Shown here one piece after another: positions 54,301 through 64,000 of a stretch of 64,000 bases of DNA (positions within the stretch are counted from its first letter, which is position 1; every line of letters begins with the position of its first letter). The DNA is taken from assembly GCF_964194025.1 (NCBI RefSeq), contig NC_134469.1, positions 4,588,001-4,652,000 of the forward strand. The letters are read 5' to 3'. A program made the position numbers and the translations under genes. The notes below the pieces were generated by a model. It had not been told where the DNA came from. It saw only the letters and a program-made list of their open reading frames with translations, and made no database searches. The DNA is from Convolutriloba macropyga (lineage: Eukaryota).

Positions 54301-57300
54301 GCTAAGCTGCATTTGAGATACCGTTTAAATTTGGCACACATTACTATAAAAGTAAGGGTGACTTAAAAAAAACAATGATGACTATAGCAGCAAAATTATA
54401 GCAGTGCGGTTAATGGTTACTGAAAAAGTATAATATCTGCTAAGTTTTCAAAATATACCCCAATATTAAAAATAGCCACTGACTTCACTTTCAGATAAGG
54501 GAGTACACAATTGAGTATCTTTTTGAATAATTTGCGTATCTTTTAGACAGCTCATAATCTTAATGCTAACAATTTAAGATTAACTCATTAGTTGACATGC
54601 TCCAGAATTCTTTGTCACAATAAAGTGGAAAACGATTGACTTTCATTAAAAATTTGTTAAAATAAGTCTGCAGTAAGCTCAAGTTTAGTTAAAAATTGAT
54701 AAGCTTTATTGTTTGATAAGTTTCAACGGCAAATTTTCTTTAGAAAATCTTGAGGACTTTATCTAAACAGCGAACTGCGTCAATTAATTGAAAAATTTAG
54801 TGCTTCAATTTCGCGTGTTTCAAACTACTTTATTGAATCTCAGCATAGCAAGCTTTTTATTGCAACTCATATTCAAAGTCAATCAGGAGTCCAACAAGGA
54901 GACCCGCTGGGGCCCTTACTATTTTCTTTAGGACTTTGGCCCATTATCAAAGAACTCGACGATAAGTTACCAAATCTTATGCAGAATTCTTGGTACATTG
55001 ATGGAATTATAGCAGGTACGGAAGAAGAGCAATGTGAATCATTAGAAATTTTAGCAACTCATGGCAACAAGTGTGGCCTTGAACTCAGAAGAGACAAGTG
55101 CGGGCTGTGGTCCACCGCCTGTTTTAATGCTGTTGATAGCAGGATAAAGAGAAACAGCCAATCAGGAATCGAAATCTTGGGCGCAGCAATCGGATCACCC
55201 ACTTTTGTTGTGTCTTGTTTAGAAAAAAGGGTTAAAAAACTCGAGGTGTTAGACGATCTAGGCTATATAGAGGACCCTCAGTGCGCTCTTGGAATTTTGC
55301 GTAGCTGTTTGGGTGCACCTAAATTGGTGTATTCGTTGAGATGCAACACTCCGTCCACTGAGAGTAACAAAATGCTTGAAAAATTTGATCATCTCCAACG
55401 AACAACTTTTGAAAATATATTGGGTTCTGTAATCAGCGATAATTCATGTGACCAAGCATGCCTGCCAATAAGCAAAACAGGAGCTGGAGTTCGACGTTCT
55501 CTGAACCAATTCAAAGCAGCTTATGTTGGTTCCTTATCCCAGTCAGCAACCATAGTAGAACAAATTACTGGTGTGAACCCAACACACGAAAGTAGTTTCA
55601 CAGACCTAGTGGAGGAATTTAGCACTTAGGGGATTTCTCATTTGACGCAACAGAAAATTCAAAAACAATTTGACAATACAGCTCTAAGCAACCTTCTTGA
55701 AGGTCAAACCTCCGCCAGAGAAAAAGCTATACTGTTATCTCTTTCCCTACCTCAATCAGGAGCTTGGTTGATGGCAGCACCTATCTCTGCTCTTGGCCTA
55801 CACCTTCAACCTATCGAGTTCCGAGCTGCTCTGAAATATCGTTCAGGAATTCAACTCTATGATTCGGATAGGAGATGTCCATATTGTAAGTCAGCTATTT
55901 TGGGCATATTTGGAGATCATGCCGTTTCATGTCACGGGCGTGGCGATATTATCTCTCGTCATGACAGAGTACGAGACGCAATAATGGCAGCTTGTTCGTC
56001 GGCCAATCTTTCCCCTGTATGTGAGCAAACATCTTCTGCCGGAAAGTAATTCAAGACCAGGCGACGTGTATTTGCCCAGTTTTATAGCAGGACAACCCGC
56101 AGCCTTAGACGTCACCATTACGTCCCCACTGCAAGCCAGTCTTATCTCAGATGCGTCGAGGACATGTGGTTTTGCTCTAAGCCTAGCAGAAGACAGACAG
56201 ATTGGGCATTATTAACAGAAGTGCAGCGATATGGGCATCCACTTCATACCATTGGCGTTAGAAACTTTTGGCGGACTATCCGAAACAACGCGGAAAACAT
56301 TGAAAAGAATAGCTCTTTTTCTGATAACAGAGGTTTCCAGCCCTCAGGCCTATCAGTAGCCTTCAGTCGCCTCTCTCAACTGGTATCATTAAGTGCCATG
56401 TGTGGCTCAGCTACAATGCTGATATCAGGAGATTCGCGATTTTGATCCAGAATTAATGGGGACTGTCGCATCCAGTTGTGCCGCTATGCCCAATGAGAGG
56501 GTGAAGAAAATCCGGTTCAAGAACTCACTAACATCAAGTGATATCGGACTCACTTTATGAGAGGGGAGCCCTTCTGTGTTTAAATGTCGCCCAATGAGTG
56601 GGGACTTCAGTTAATTTTACCAGTTTTTGTCCTCATACATCAGCAGAGAAACTTCGAAATCACCGATGGAAACGAATTTTCTCAAAGACATCTAATTGAA
56701 TGTACAACTGCATTCACAATTTGTTAAATCCTTCAATCATGAGTTTTTATTCTTACCTGACCAAGGTGGGGAGAATATAAACGATTATTTCACGCGTGCA
56801 AATTTGAAATGGACAGTTGAATTTAGAATTATTGAACTGCTGATCTGTTAAATTAATTACCATAGTTATGATAACCAAGTTAATTATAATTTACTGTTCA
56901 AAAAAACTATATTGATCGGTTTTCGAATTTTTTACGTCAATAATCTTTGCTCTGCATCTGCTAGATTTTAGATTTAATCTTTCAGTTTTAACTATACTAT
57001 TACACGTTTGAAAACTTGTGAGTGGAGATTTTGTGTTCCGATTCCGAGATTACAGGGAACAGCCGTCATTTCCAAAAGTAGCGAGAATTCAGCCCAAGAG
57101 ATTAAGATTGACTTTTAAGATTGCAACGGTTCCTTTTCTGATCTTATGTGTCTAATTCTCGTGCAATTCTTTAAACAAAATTAAAGGTTTGATTTTAGCT
57201 CAAGTTTAACTTTGAATGCAATTAAATTGAATTAAAGTCAGTCCATGTAAGACAACCCACAGACGTCTGTGTCAGTTGAGGATCTCAGATCTGATTTGTG

Positions 57301-60300
57301 GCGCCGGCCACCATTTCTGTACGTCGCGTCTACGATCTGTTTGACTAAATGGTTAAGTAACATTTGCCAAGAAATTTTCAAGTAGTGTCTATTCAAAAGA
57401 TCAGAACTGGCTGACGAATTATACTGAGTCTGTTAATCATGTTATGATGGTGTCTGCTAATCATATTTCATGGATTCGATAGATCTTTTCTAATGAAGAA
57501 TCCTTTTAGCAAGAACTGTAATTACGAATCGACCTTAAAGCATTTGTCATCTAGTTTTGAGGATCGTGAATGAATCTCAAATATTGTAATTCAAATCGCA
57601 AAAAAAATGAACTTAGAATCCATCTGTTTCTTGATTAAATAATAATTTTCTAACTGTCATTTATGTCAACCAATTTGTATTTACTTTACAAAACAGAATA
57701 GATTCAATTAATTGGTCGATCCTGCATGCGCAAATTTAAGCAAAATTAACCGATCATATTTTGCAAACTTTGTTTGAAAAATTTTCCAATTTTTTTTTTA
57801 AAATATACAATTTTTAAAGTTGAATATGCGATTGTGTAGATCATAATATTCTCAAATCCCTGTGGACTTGCAGCACTGAAGATCTGAACTCGAAAGCTGA
57901 TATCATAACATTAATAAATAATTGAATCATCTTATTTGATCTGATTGTAACTTTTGGTAGCGCGCGTTATTAACTAAGATTTTGTTTGCTTACCAAAAAT
58001 TTGGTACTAAAGATAATCTTTAAAGCCAAAAAGTTGAGATTTTGAAATGTACCTCCTTATAAAATTTCTTGCAAACACGTTATTAACTTTTAACTAAGCT
58101 TTCATTTGCTGACTAAAAATTTAGGCAATACAAGTCTTTTAAAAAATAATCTTCGCAGAGACAAAAAAAGTTTCCTATCAAATTTAACTCCAATAAAACT
58201 TATTGCTAACTCGTTACTAACTATCAACTAAATTTTCATTTGCTGACTAAAAATTTAGACAATGAAAGTCTTTTAAAAATAATCTTCGCAGAGACAAAAA
58301 AGTTTCCTATCAAATTTAACTCCAATAAAACTTACTGCTAACGCGTTATTAACGATTAACCAAGCTTTCATTTGCTGAATAAAAATTTGGGCGATAAAAG
58401 TCTTTTAAAAATATGGGCGATAAAAGTCTTTTAAATTTTTAGAGACACAAAAAGTTTCCTATGAAATATAACTCCCCGTTGAATTAGGTATGACTCACGT
58501 GGTTTGCTGAGTTCGACCCTCCAAGTATCAGCACCCATGATGTTCTTAGCAGTACAAGTGTAGTTCCCGAAGGAGGTCGCGTATATTGGACTGATTGTCA
58601 GTTCAGACCTCCACTTGCTAGCTCCCAATTGCACAACACGCTTAGTGGTTGATTGATCTGAAATAATTTAGACAATAGTTTTTGTTACAAGAGAAAATAT
58701 GTAACTTAATGTAAATTGTACCTAAATAAGATAAGCGGGTCTTTCCCATTATAACACCCCCCCCCCAATGAGAAAATTGTAATGGAAGAAAATTATTGAC
58801 AAAAAGAAACTTAAATTTAAACAGACTGCCAAAACTAAAATTCTCTAAATAGCCTATCCAAACTTCTGGACCAATAAATCGTCAAAAAACCACAAAAAGA
58901 ACAAGAAAGTTTGCTTGCGTAGAATTTTTTTTCACTCGTTTGTTTTTCGAGCATTGAAAATTTGCAGCATTTCAGTTTGGGTTCACACTCAAATATGCCA
59001 ACTTTGTCTCAAAGTTTTCGAAGCCTCATACATATCAACGATTTTCTTGAGCATTGAGATTTTTTGTTATATTTTTGTCTCTTTCCTGTGACCTTTGCCA
59101 GTCCCGGTTATTTCTGAGGGTTGTAGAAATGATTTAATAATTTAAAAAATCAGGCATTTGAAGAGCTCGTTATTAAGTAACTTTTATGTAAACAATTAAG
59201 TAAAAAATTGTTAGGGTCACTTGGGTACTTTATAGCGCCATGCGGACTTAGAAGTACCGTCGTTAATCGTTTTCATTAATTTCTGCCTAATTTCCACTAA
59301 GTTAGATGAAAATTTTGGCCTAAAAATTGGCTTCGCCTAATCGAAGTTTCAATATGCGTTTGGTTCTTGCAAATAATTTCCACTAAAGAGCGTGCGTTTC
59401 GTGGTTGCAAACAATTTCCATATATGGCCTAATATCCAACACCCTTACTTTGCATCATGGAATTAATGACGAGAAGATTAATTTGATCACAAGGGGTTGA
59501 GATAGAAGATAAAATGTGATGTTACCTGTGGGGTAATTGATCCAGTCAAAACTCAGTTCCGGATATCCATTGGCGACGCAGTAGAGCACAGCAGATATCT
59601 CCCCCTCTCTTCCACTGATGACCAGACGCGTGTTCTCATTTGATTCAAAATAGGGAGCATCTGCAACATTCGAAGCAATTTCAGTTTATACATTATCAAT
59701 TTTTCGCTCATTAATTTCTATTTTTTACAGATTTTGAATTTAAGCGAAATAAAACCAATTGAATTTATTGTACTTAATTAAGCACCACTTTAGAAACAGA
59801 ATTGTTTCTCACCAGACATATTTATTTGTTGACGTCAAATTAGTTTTTTCTAGATGAATTATTATAAAATTCATCAAGAAAAAACTAATTTAACCTCAAC
59901 AAAGTAAATATGTCTGCGGAGAAACGTAATATTTTTGTAAAATGCAGCTTTATTATGTACCATAAATTCAATTGGTTTTATTTCATTTAAATTCGAAATC
60001 TGTCAGTAAAAAAATTAATGAGGGAAAATATATTCATTGGAGAAAAAGCATAGTGTCGAATAATTTCACTTCAAATGTATCGTGATCAAAGTTAAATCAT
60101 CGTAATTTTTTCTTTCTACAAAACATGATTTCTTTTTTTGCGCAAGATGAAGATATTTGATTATTTTTGATACCCGTTCTACTTCAATTGATCTAAATCC
60201 GAAGTCCGCGAGCAATACAAAGAAAAATTGAAGAGCCTTGTAAAAACAAAAATTTACTTAAATTTTTACAATTTTAAATTACCACCGGTTGAATCAATGC

Positions 60301-63300
60301 TTTGTAATACACTTTTTGAAATCTTTCTAAATTAATTTTTTGTAAAAAAATTTTCAAGTTAACGAAAAGCTAAACAAAATGACTAACGTTTGACAGCCAG
60401 TTGAATCTTGACCTGGGCATCTCCTAATTTGTTCACAACTCCACAGGTGTAGTGACCTGCATCTGCCTGGACAGCACTTTCTATCTTGAGAGAAGAGACC
60501 TGACTCTGTCTGTCTGTGGACACATTGTACTTAAGATTTACTGCGTAAGGATCTATCACTTGGTCTTCGAACATCCAGAAGATCTGAAACACAAGTTAGA
60601 TTTCTAATTCCGACTGTTCTCACTTGCACAAAGCAGAATTTTGGGTTCCCAAGTTGATTGTACCCCCCTCCAGTTGTTAAAAGCACATAGTCAGTCATTG
60701 TATGTTACTAAAGGACGTACGTTCGGTGGTTGCAAATAATATGCATATATGAAGCTAGGGGCACAAACGGAAAAGATGCAGAACTTTAATTTTAAAGTTT
60801 TCAATTACCCTCTTCAATGTCATCATTATTATTGATCGCTAAAGATGTTAGCGATTGATTACTCACCTGTCCTGGTGGGTTCGCCATTTGTTTGCACCTG
60901 ATGGTGGCATGAGATCCAATGTCCACTTCCAACAATGTTCTCTCTGTTATCAATTCAGGAGGATCTGAAAGTGCAGATAATTATTTGCATCTCTTCCCCA
61001 GTGTTGGGACAAAAAGATCCAGATCAAAATTAACAAAATTATGACACATTGGGTATTTTGGAATTGGGCAAATTGCCATGTAGCTATCTCTTTCCTATTT
61101 CTTAATGATAAAAAAAATGTTTTCATTATCAAATAGCGGCCAAATACGTTTCTTTACGACAAATTTGTTATCTCATTATTACTATTCATAACGCTTAATG
61201 TAGACATAGGCAATTTTTCTGTTCGACAATATAAGATTACAACCAGAAGTACTGGTCAAAAATTACACATCGGAAATGAAATAGGGCATAGACTACACGA
61301 ACGTTTGTATATTAAGGACATTAGACACCAATTTTGCAGATAATAAAAAAAGTAATAATAGGGTTGAGCTTAAGATTAAAGTTGATGGATTTCTCTTACA
61401 TGAATTCATTGTTGTACACATTGCGTTCAAGTTTTCATAGTTGTTTTTAAGTTTAACCAGACCTTCTCGCAAACTATGAGCTACAGCGTGCTATACAATC
61501 GCTGATAAAAGTAAACGCACAAATTGCCATTTTACATTGTAATTTGCCTTTTTGAAGTCACTTCGGACAAAATAAACATAGCTGGCTGGTTGCCAGAAAA
61601 TAGCCGCAATAGATTCGTAGATCGGCAGTCTAAAAAAACAGTAAAAAAGACAGACAAAAAACTCGTCTTTTCATTGAAGGCTGATCTGTTATATTTTGAA
61701 TAAAAATCTGTATAAGTTATTGCTGCCTCTATTAGCTGATCTCAAATAACCTTCATTTAGAGTGACACACACCCATTTGACCTTCTCTCTTTGAATTAAA
61801 GTAAATAAAAGTCTATTTCAAAGTGAGGAAGTCATTTTTGAGAGTGAGGTAAGTCAAGTGTGGCCAAAACTTTAATCACGCGAATGAACAAAAACCTCGC
61901 TCCACTAAGAGCGAAAAATGACGTCACACACGCACTTCAGTTGAAATTGCATGATTGAATGAACAGAAAGTGGCTGTGACGTCATATGGTCGTAACAAAA
62001 ATCATGACGACGAAATAAAAAAACATAGCAGGACAAGTCCTGACGTACAATTCAAAGAATTTTCATTGACTAAACAGAAAAACTAGACCTAGAATGGACT
62101 ATGAGTGAATAGAGAAAATCATTTTAAAACAAATCAGATCAAAAAAATAAGAAAAAACACAAAATCAATGTCAAAATGCCGCATGTGAACAAAAAAAACC
62201 ACTAGCGAGAAATTAAAATTTAATTCAAATAAAAAAATTATGCCTAGAATGAGCTGTGAATGGATTGGGAAAACCATTTAGAAAAAATCCGATCTAATAA
62301 ATCGAAAAAACAGTAAAAATCAGAGAGAAATTGCCGCATGTGAACAAAAAACCACTACCGAGAAACCGAATTTTTGTTCAAACACCGTTTTCTCACTCTA
62401 CTTTAAAATTAGAGCGAAAAAAATTCACGCCGCAAAACCACTCGCTTTTTCGCTCCATTTCCTGTTTCGGCGTGACCAAAATCACCACTCCAATTTGACT
62501 TCAAAAATTATGAAAATGTGTGAACAGATCTTAAAAAAAAAGACAGCGCCCCAATACAATTCAAATTCTTTGAATTGTAAAAAAAAAAAAGAGAAGGCCA
62601 ATAATAGCCCCAGCTATCGCTGTGCGGCTATTAATTAAAACCGTTTCGTTTTATTTTATATCAATCACCTAGTAATCATCATCAAATGGATCTTTTCTGT
62701 TTCGGTCTTTTCTGTGTTTTTTATGCCCCAATTACAATTTATGTATTGCTATATAGCACGTTACTACGTAAAAATTGCAAGTTCACCTTGTGGGCGTACT
62801 AAGCTGGGTATCGAAACAAAATAGATATCAGAAATTCAATAGATCCAATTTCAGAAAAACTGGCAAGTATGATCACAGAGAAAATCCAGGTGGAAGTTTG
62901 ACACGTTACTGTAAGAAGCTGTAAGTTTAGTCACACCTGAAATCTGTTCAACTTGCTCCTTACATTGCCAAATTCACAATGCAAAATCTTGCCTAAAATA
63001 TTGGAGGCATGACAATTTAGCACAGATTCTTCCATGAACTCAATTTACTGCTGCTCACGGAAAACTGGCCAACTTCTGCCAAGATTTTCGCTTTAAGTAG
63101 ACCAGTTTTTCTTAATTTGGAACTATTAAACTTCTGATCAATTTTGGTCGAGTGATGATATAAACATTAAAAGAAACGACAGAAAATGATGTTGTCCAAA
63201 ATTGACTTCAAAATCAGACAATGTAGCACATAAAAATGCAATTTGTGGGTTTACTTTTGTCAACGATTTTAAATAGAGCAGATTAGAGCCTAGGTAAGAC

Positions 63301-63696
63301 TTAGCAAAAAATTCGTTTATGCAATTTCGTTCACGATTGGCATTTATACACCAAGAACTGATGCAATTATCAAATTGTGGTGAAGCAATTTAAAATTGAA
63401 CTTACATTCAACTTCGAGTGTGATTTGCCGACTAGTCGAACAAGCTGTCCACGGGCAGACAGCATAATTTGTAGGATTGTCACAGTTACACGCTTTGCAG
63501 AAGTACTCCCCAGCATCCGACCTGTTGACCTTGGCAAAGTCTAGCCTTGACCCCGCAGTCTGTTTGACCTTGGCACCTGTCCACTGGTAGTAGGAGATGA
63601 CTGGGTTGGTCTCTGCGTCTCCACAGTCGAGACTGGTACTGGATGATTCGTTCACGACTACTCGGACGGGTACTGATGACAGAAGTTGCGGCTCAA
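39182..63696 (-). CDS. Nephrin/Sns/SYG-2-like Ig-superfamily adhesion receptor (multi-exon, 5' end outside window)
   Basis: Phase-compatible GT-AG exon chain in transcript order: 63696-63406, 60964-60867, 60583-60388, 59660-59526, 58657-58499, 52664-52332, 51954-51820, 49591-49547, 47337-47284, 46277-46169, 43134-42908, 40133-39893, 39338-39182 (TGA). Encodes Ig-Ig-Ig-FN3 (WTQGFNGGYPQTF)-TM (…GLFIVTNLIFLALYCRKR)-cytoplasmic tail. A single juxtamembrane FN3 and an Asn within the TM fit the nephrin family; exact orthology is unproven. Confidence 0.85.
39893..40133 (-). CDS. Nephrin-like gene cytoplasmic exon
   Basis: ttttag|(G)GIAGLRSPSQFDN...EELYKHQ...EQQNPLS|gttagt; phase 1-2. Confidence 0.8.
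41001..41596 (-). mobile_element. Non-autonomous Helentron/HINE-like element, family A copy 1
   Basis: 17-bp subterminal IRs (41029-41045 / 41572-41588), terminal hairpin CAGGAC-AA-GTCCTG (41012-41025), T-run ends on minus strand; near-identical to 62017-62590. Confidence 0.75.
42908..43134 (-). CDS. Nephrin-like gene cytoplasmic exon
   Basis: atttcag|(F)NNYPHGSPPQMNPMDLFERG...GSSQWPN|gttagt; phase 2-1; GC-rich island in AT-rich intron. Confidence 0.8.
46169..46277 (-). CDS. Nephrin-like gene cytoplasmic exon
   Basis: gtttcag|(D)QAGMLYQDSGYYFPAGGSDRWPPGGGSDIGDKDRY|gtaagt; phase 1-2. Confidence 0.8.
47284..47337 (-). CDS. Nephrin-like gene cytoplasmic exon
   Basis: atttcag|(A)SNCAMNTYSTSYLCNMY|gtacgt; 54 nt, phase 1-1. 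Confidence 0.6.
48008..48258 (+). mobile_element. TIR-bounded element containing a tRNA-derived (SINE-like) Pol III cassette
   Basis: 18-bp IRs 48008-48025 / 48241-48258 (1 mismatch); A-box TAGCCGAGTGG (~48150) and B-box-like GATTCGAACCC (~48205); no clean cloverleaf. Confidence 0.6.
49547..49591 (-). CDS. Nephrin-like gene cytoplasmic exon
   Basis: gtttcag|(D)ERPFSISTQSSSRA|gtgagc; 45 nt, phase 1-1. Confidence 0.75.
50185..50253 (-). CDS. Possible cassette exon in cytoplasmic tail
   Basis: gactag|(G)NLSKLYNIRYPDTGVVILNIQS|gtgagt; 69 nt, symmetric phase 1-1, open frame, but weak polypyrimidine tract. Confidence 0.35.
50563..51220. mobile_element. Non-autonomous DNA transposon with 8-bp TSD, inserted in an old inverted family-A copy
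   Basis: TSD CGAAGCAG at 50555-50562 and 51221-51228; termini GGGGTG..TTGATTAGGC / GCCTAATCAA..CACCCC; host sequence resumes on both sides (50505-50554, 51229-51460); relative at ~59270-59445. Confidence 0.75.
51820..51954 (-). CDS. Nephrin-like gene exon: transmembrane helix (different frame from the ORF-track call)
   Basis: tttcag|(A)HKSFREMPFWLMIALPALTGLFIVTNLIFLALYCRKRFFKKSKG|gtcagt; hydrophobic run then basic stop-transfer; 135 nt, phase 1-1. Confidence 0.9.
52332..52664 (-). CDS. Nephrin-like gene exon: fibronectin type III domain
   Basis: ttttcag|(R)APEKP..WTQGFNGGYPQTFEILY..LASATTYTFKVCAQNKVG..|gtaaac; 333 nt, phase 1-1. Confidence 0.92.
54841..56610 (+). mobile_element. 5'-truncated CRE-clade (RLE) non-LTR retrotransposon, antisense in an intron of the nephrin-like gene
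   Basis: GVQQGDPLGPLLF, WYIDG (RT), SGAWL, CPYC..DHAVSC (CCHC), RHDRVRD, RPGDVY..ALDVTITSP (restriction-like endonuclease); stop at 55627-55629, frameshift near 56025. Confidence 0.9.
57960..58478. repeat. Intronic ~133-bp minisatellite, 3-4 copies
   Basis: TTCATTTGCTGA at 58101, 58235, 58367; gagaca.aaaaagtttcctat.aaat.taactcc repeated. Confidence 0.85.
58499..58657 (-). CDS. Nephrin-like gene exon: last Ig domain C-half
   Basis: tttcag|(D)QSTTKRVVQLGASKWRSELTISPIYATSFGNYTCTAKNIMGADTWRVELSKP|gtgagt; 159 nt, phase 1-1. Confidence 0.9.
59526..59660 (-). CDS. Nephrin-like gene exon: last Ig domain N-half (not in ORF track)
   Basis: ttgcag|(H)APYFESNENTRLVISGREGEISAVLYCVANGYPELSFDWINYPT|gtaac; 135 nt, phase 1-1. 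Confidence 0.9.
60388..60583 (-). CDS. Nephrin-like gene exon: Ig domain C-half
   Basis: tttcag|IFW...LKIESAVQADAGHYTCGVVNKLGDAQVKIQLAVK|gttagt; phase 0-1. Confidence 0.9.
60867..60964 (-). CDS. Nephrin-like gene exon: Ig domain N-half (not in ORF track)
   Basis: ctttcag|(Y)PPELITERTLLEVDIGSHATIRCKQMANPPGQ|gtgagt; phase 1-0. Confidence 0.9.
62017..62590 (-). mobile_element. Non-autonomous Helentron/HINE-like element, family A copy 2
   Basis: Same subterminal IRs (62046-62062 / 62563-62579) and hairpin (62029-62042) as copy 1. Confidence 0.75.
63406..63696 (-). CDS. Nephrin-like gene exon: Ig domain with Cys-rich F-G insert
   Basis: ttttcag|...EPQLLSS..LDC..YQW..DAGEYFCKACNCDNPTNYAVCPWTACSTSRQITLEVE|gtaag; 291 nt, phase 1-1. 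Confidence 0.9.
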
Positions 63697-64000
63697 CTGA
63701 AAAATCCCAAAAAGATACAAGTAAACAGTTACGCAGAACTTTTTTGAATTGTTAGATAAAAGAGTCTACATTCAGGGATACCTATGACAAGTTGAGAAAG
63801 TTTTGAGTTTCTCAATTATTAGCTTTATACAGTTTGATTTAACTATAAACTATATTAAACAATATTTAACTATATTAACTACTGTCAGTCAGAATTCACA
63901 CCTGCATATAGGAGTTGACTTGCGACTTCCGAGTTGACCGATTAAATTTTACAGGAATAGCCTCTTTTAATTGATTTTTTAAAAAAAAACTAGTACTAAC

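Overview
AT-rich animal genomic DNA with spliceosomal introns; nothing prokaryotic (no CRISPR, rRNA or operons). Right half (39.2-63.7 kb, minus strand): the 3' part of a nephrin/Sns/SYG-2-like adhesion gene. I traced 13 phase-compatible GT-AG exons by hand (3 Ig domains, FN3, a TM helix with an internal Asn, a Tyr-rich tail); the gene runs off the right edge. Its introns hold a 5'-truncated CRE-clade retrotransposon, nested Helentron-like elements, 8-bp-TSD MITEs and a tRNA-like cassette inside TIRs. An intronless atypical kinase (37.8-38.85 kb, plus strand) converges on it, and their polyA signals cross. Left half is mostly decayed repeats: a ~700-bp head-to-tail dimer, a ~171-175-bp satellite, a CACTA/EnSpm-like transposase C-terminus, a two-finger C2H2 gene with one in-frame TAG (missed by the ORF track), an old CRE-like remnant, a ~11-kb tandem array of CR1/L2-type LINE 5' halves ending in one RT, and Gypsy gag/protease remnants. 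At 28-37.7 kb lies a shattered multi-copy cassette (kinase leader, coiled-coil ORF, unknown 'CGHxNG' ORF) with a long fold-back inverted repeat; this is my best candidate for an undescribed system. All family calls come from motif recognition by eye; no searches were run.
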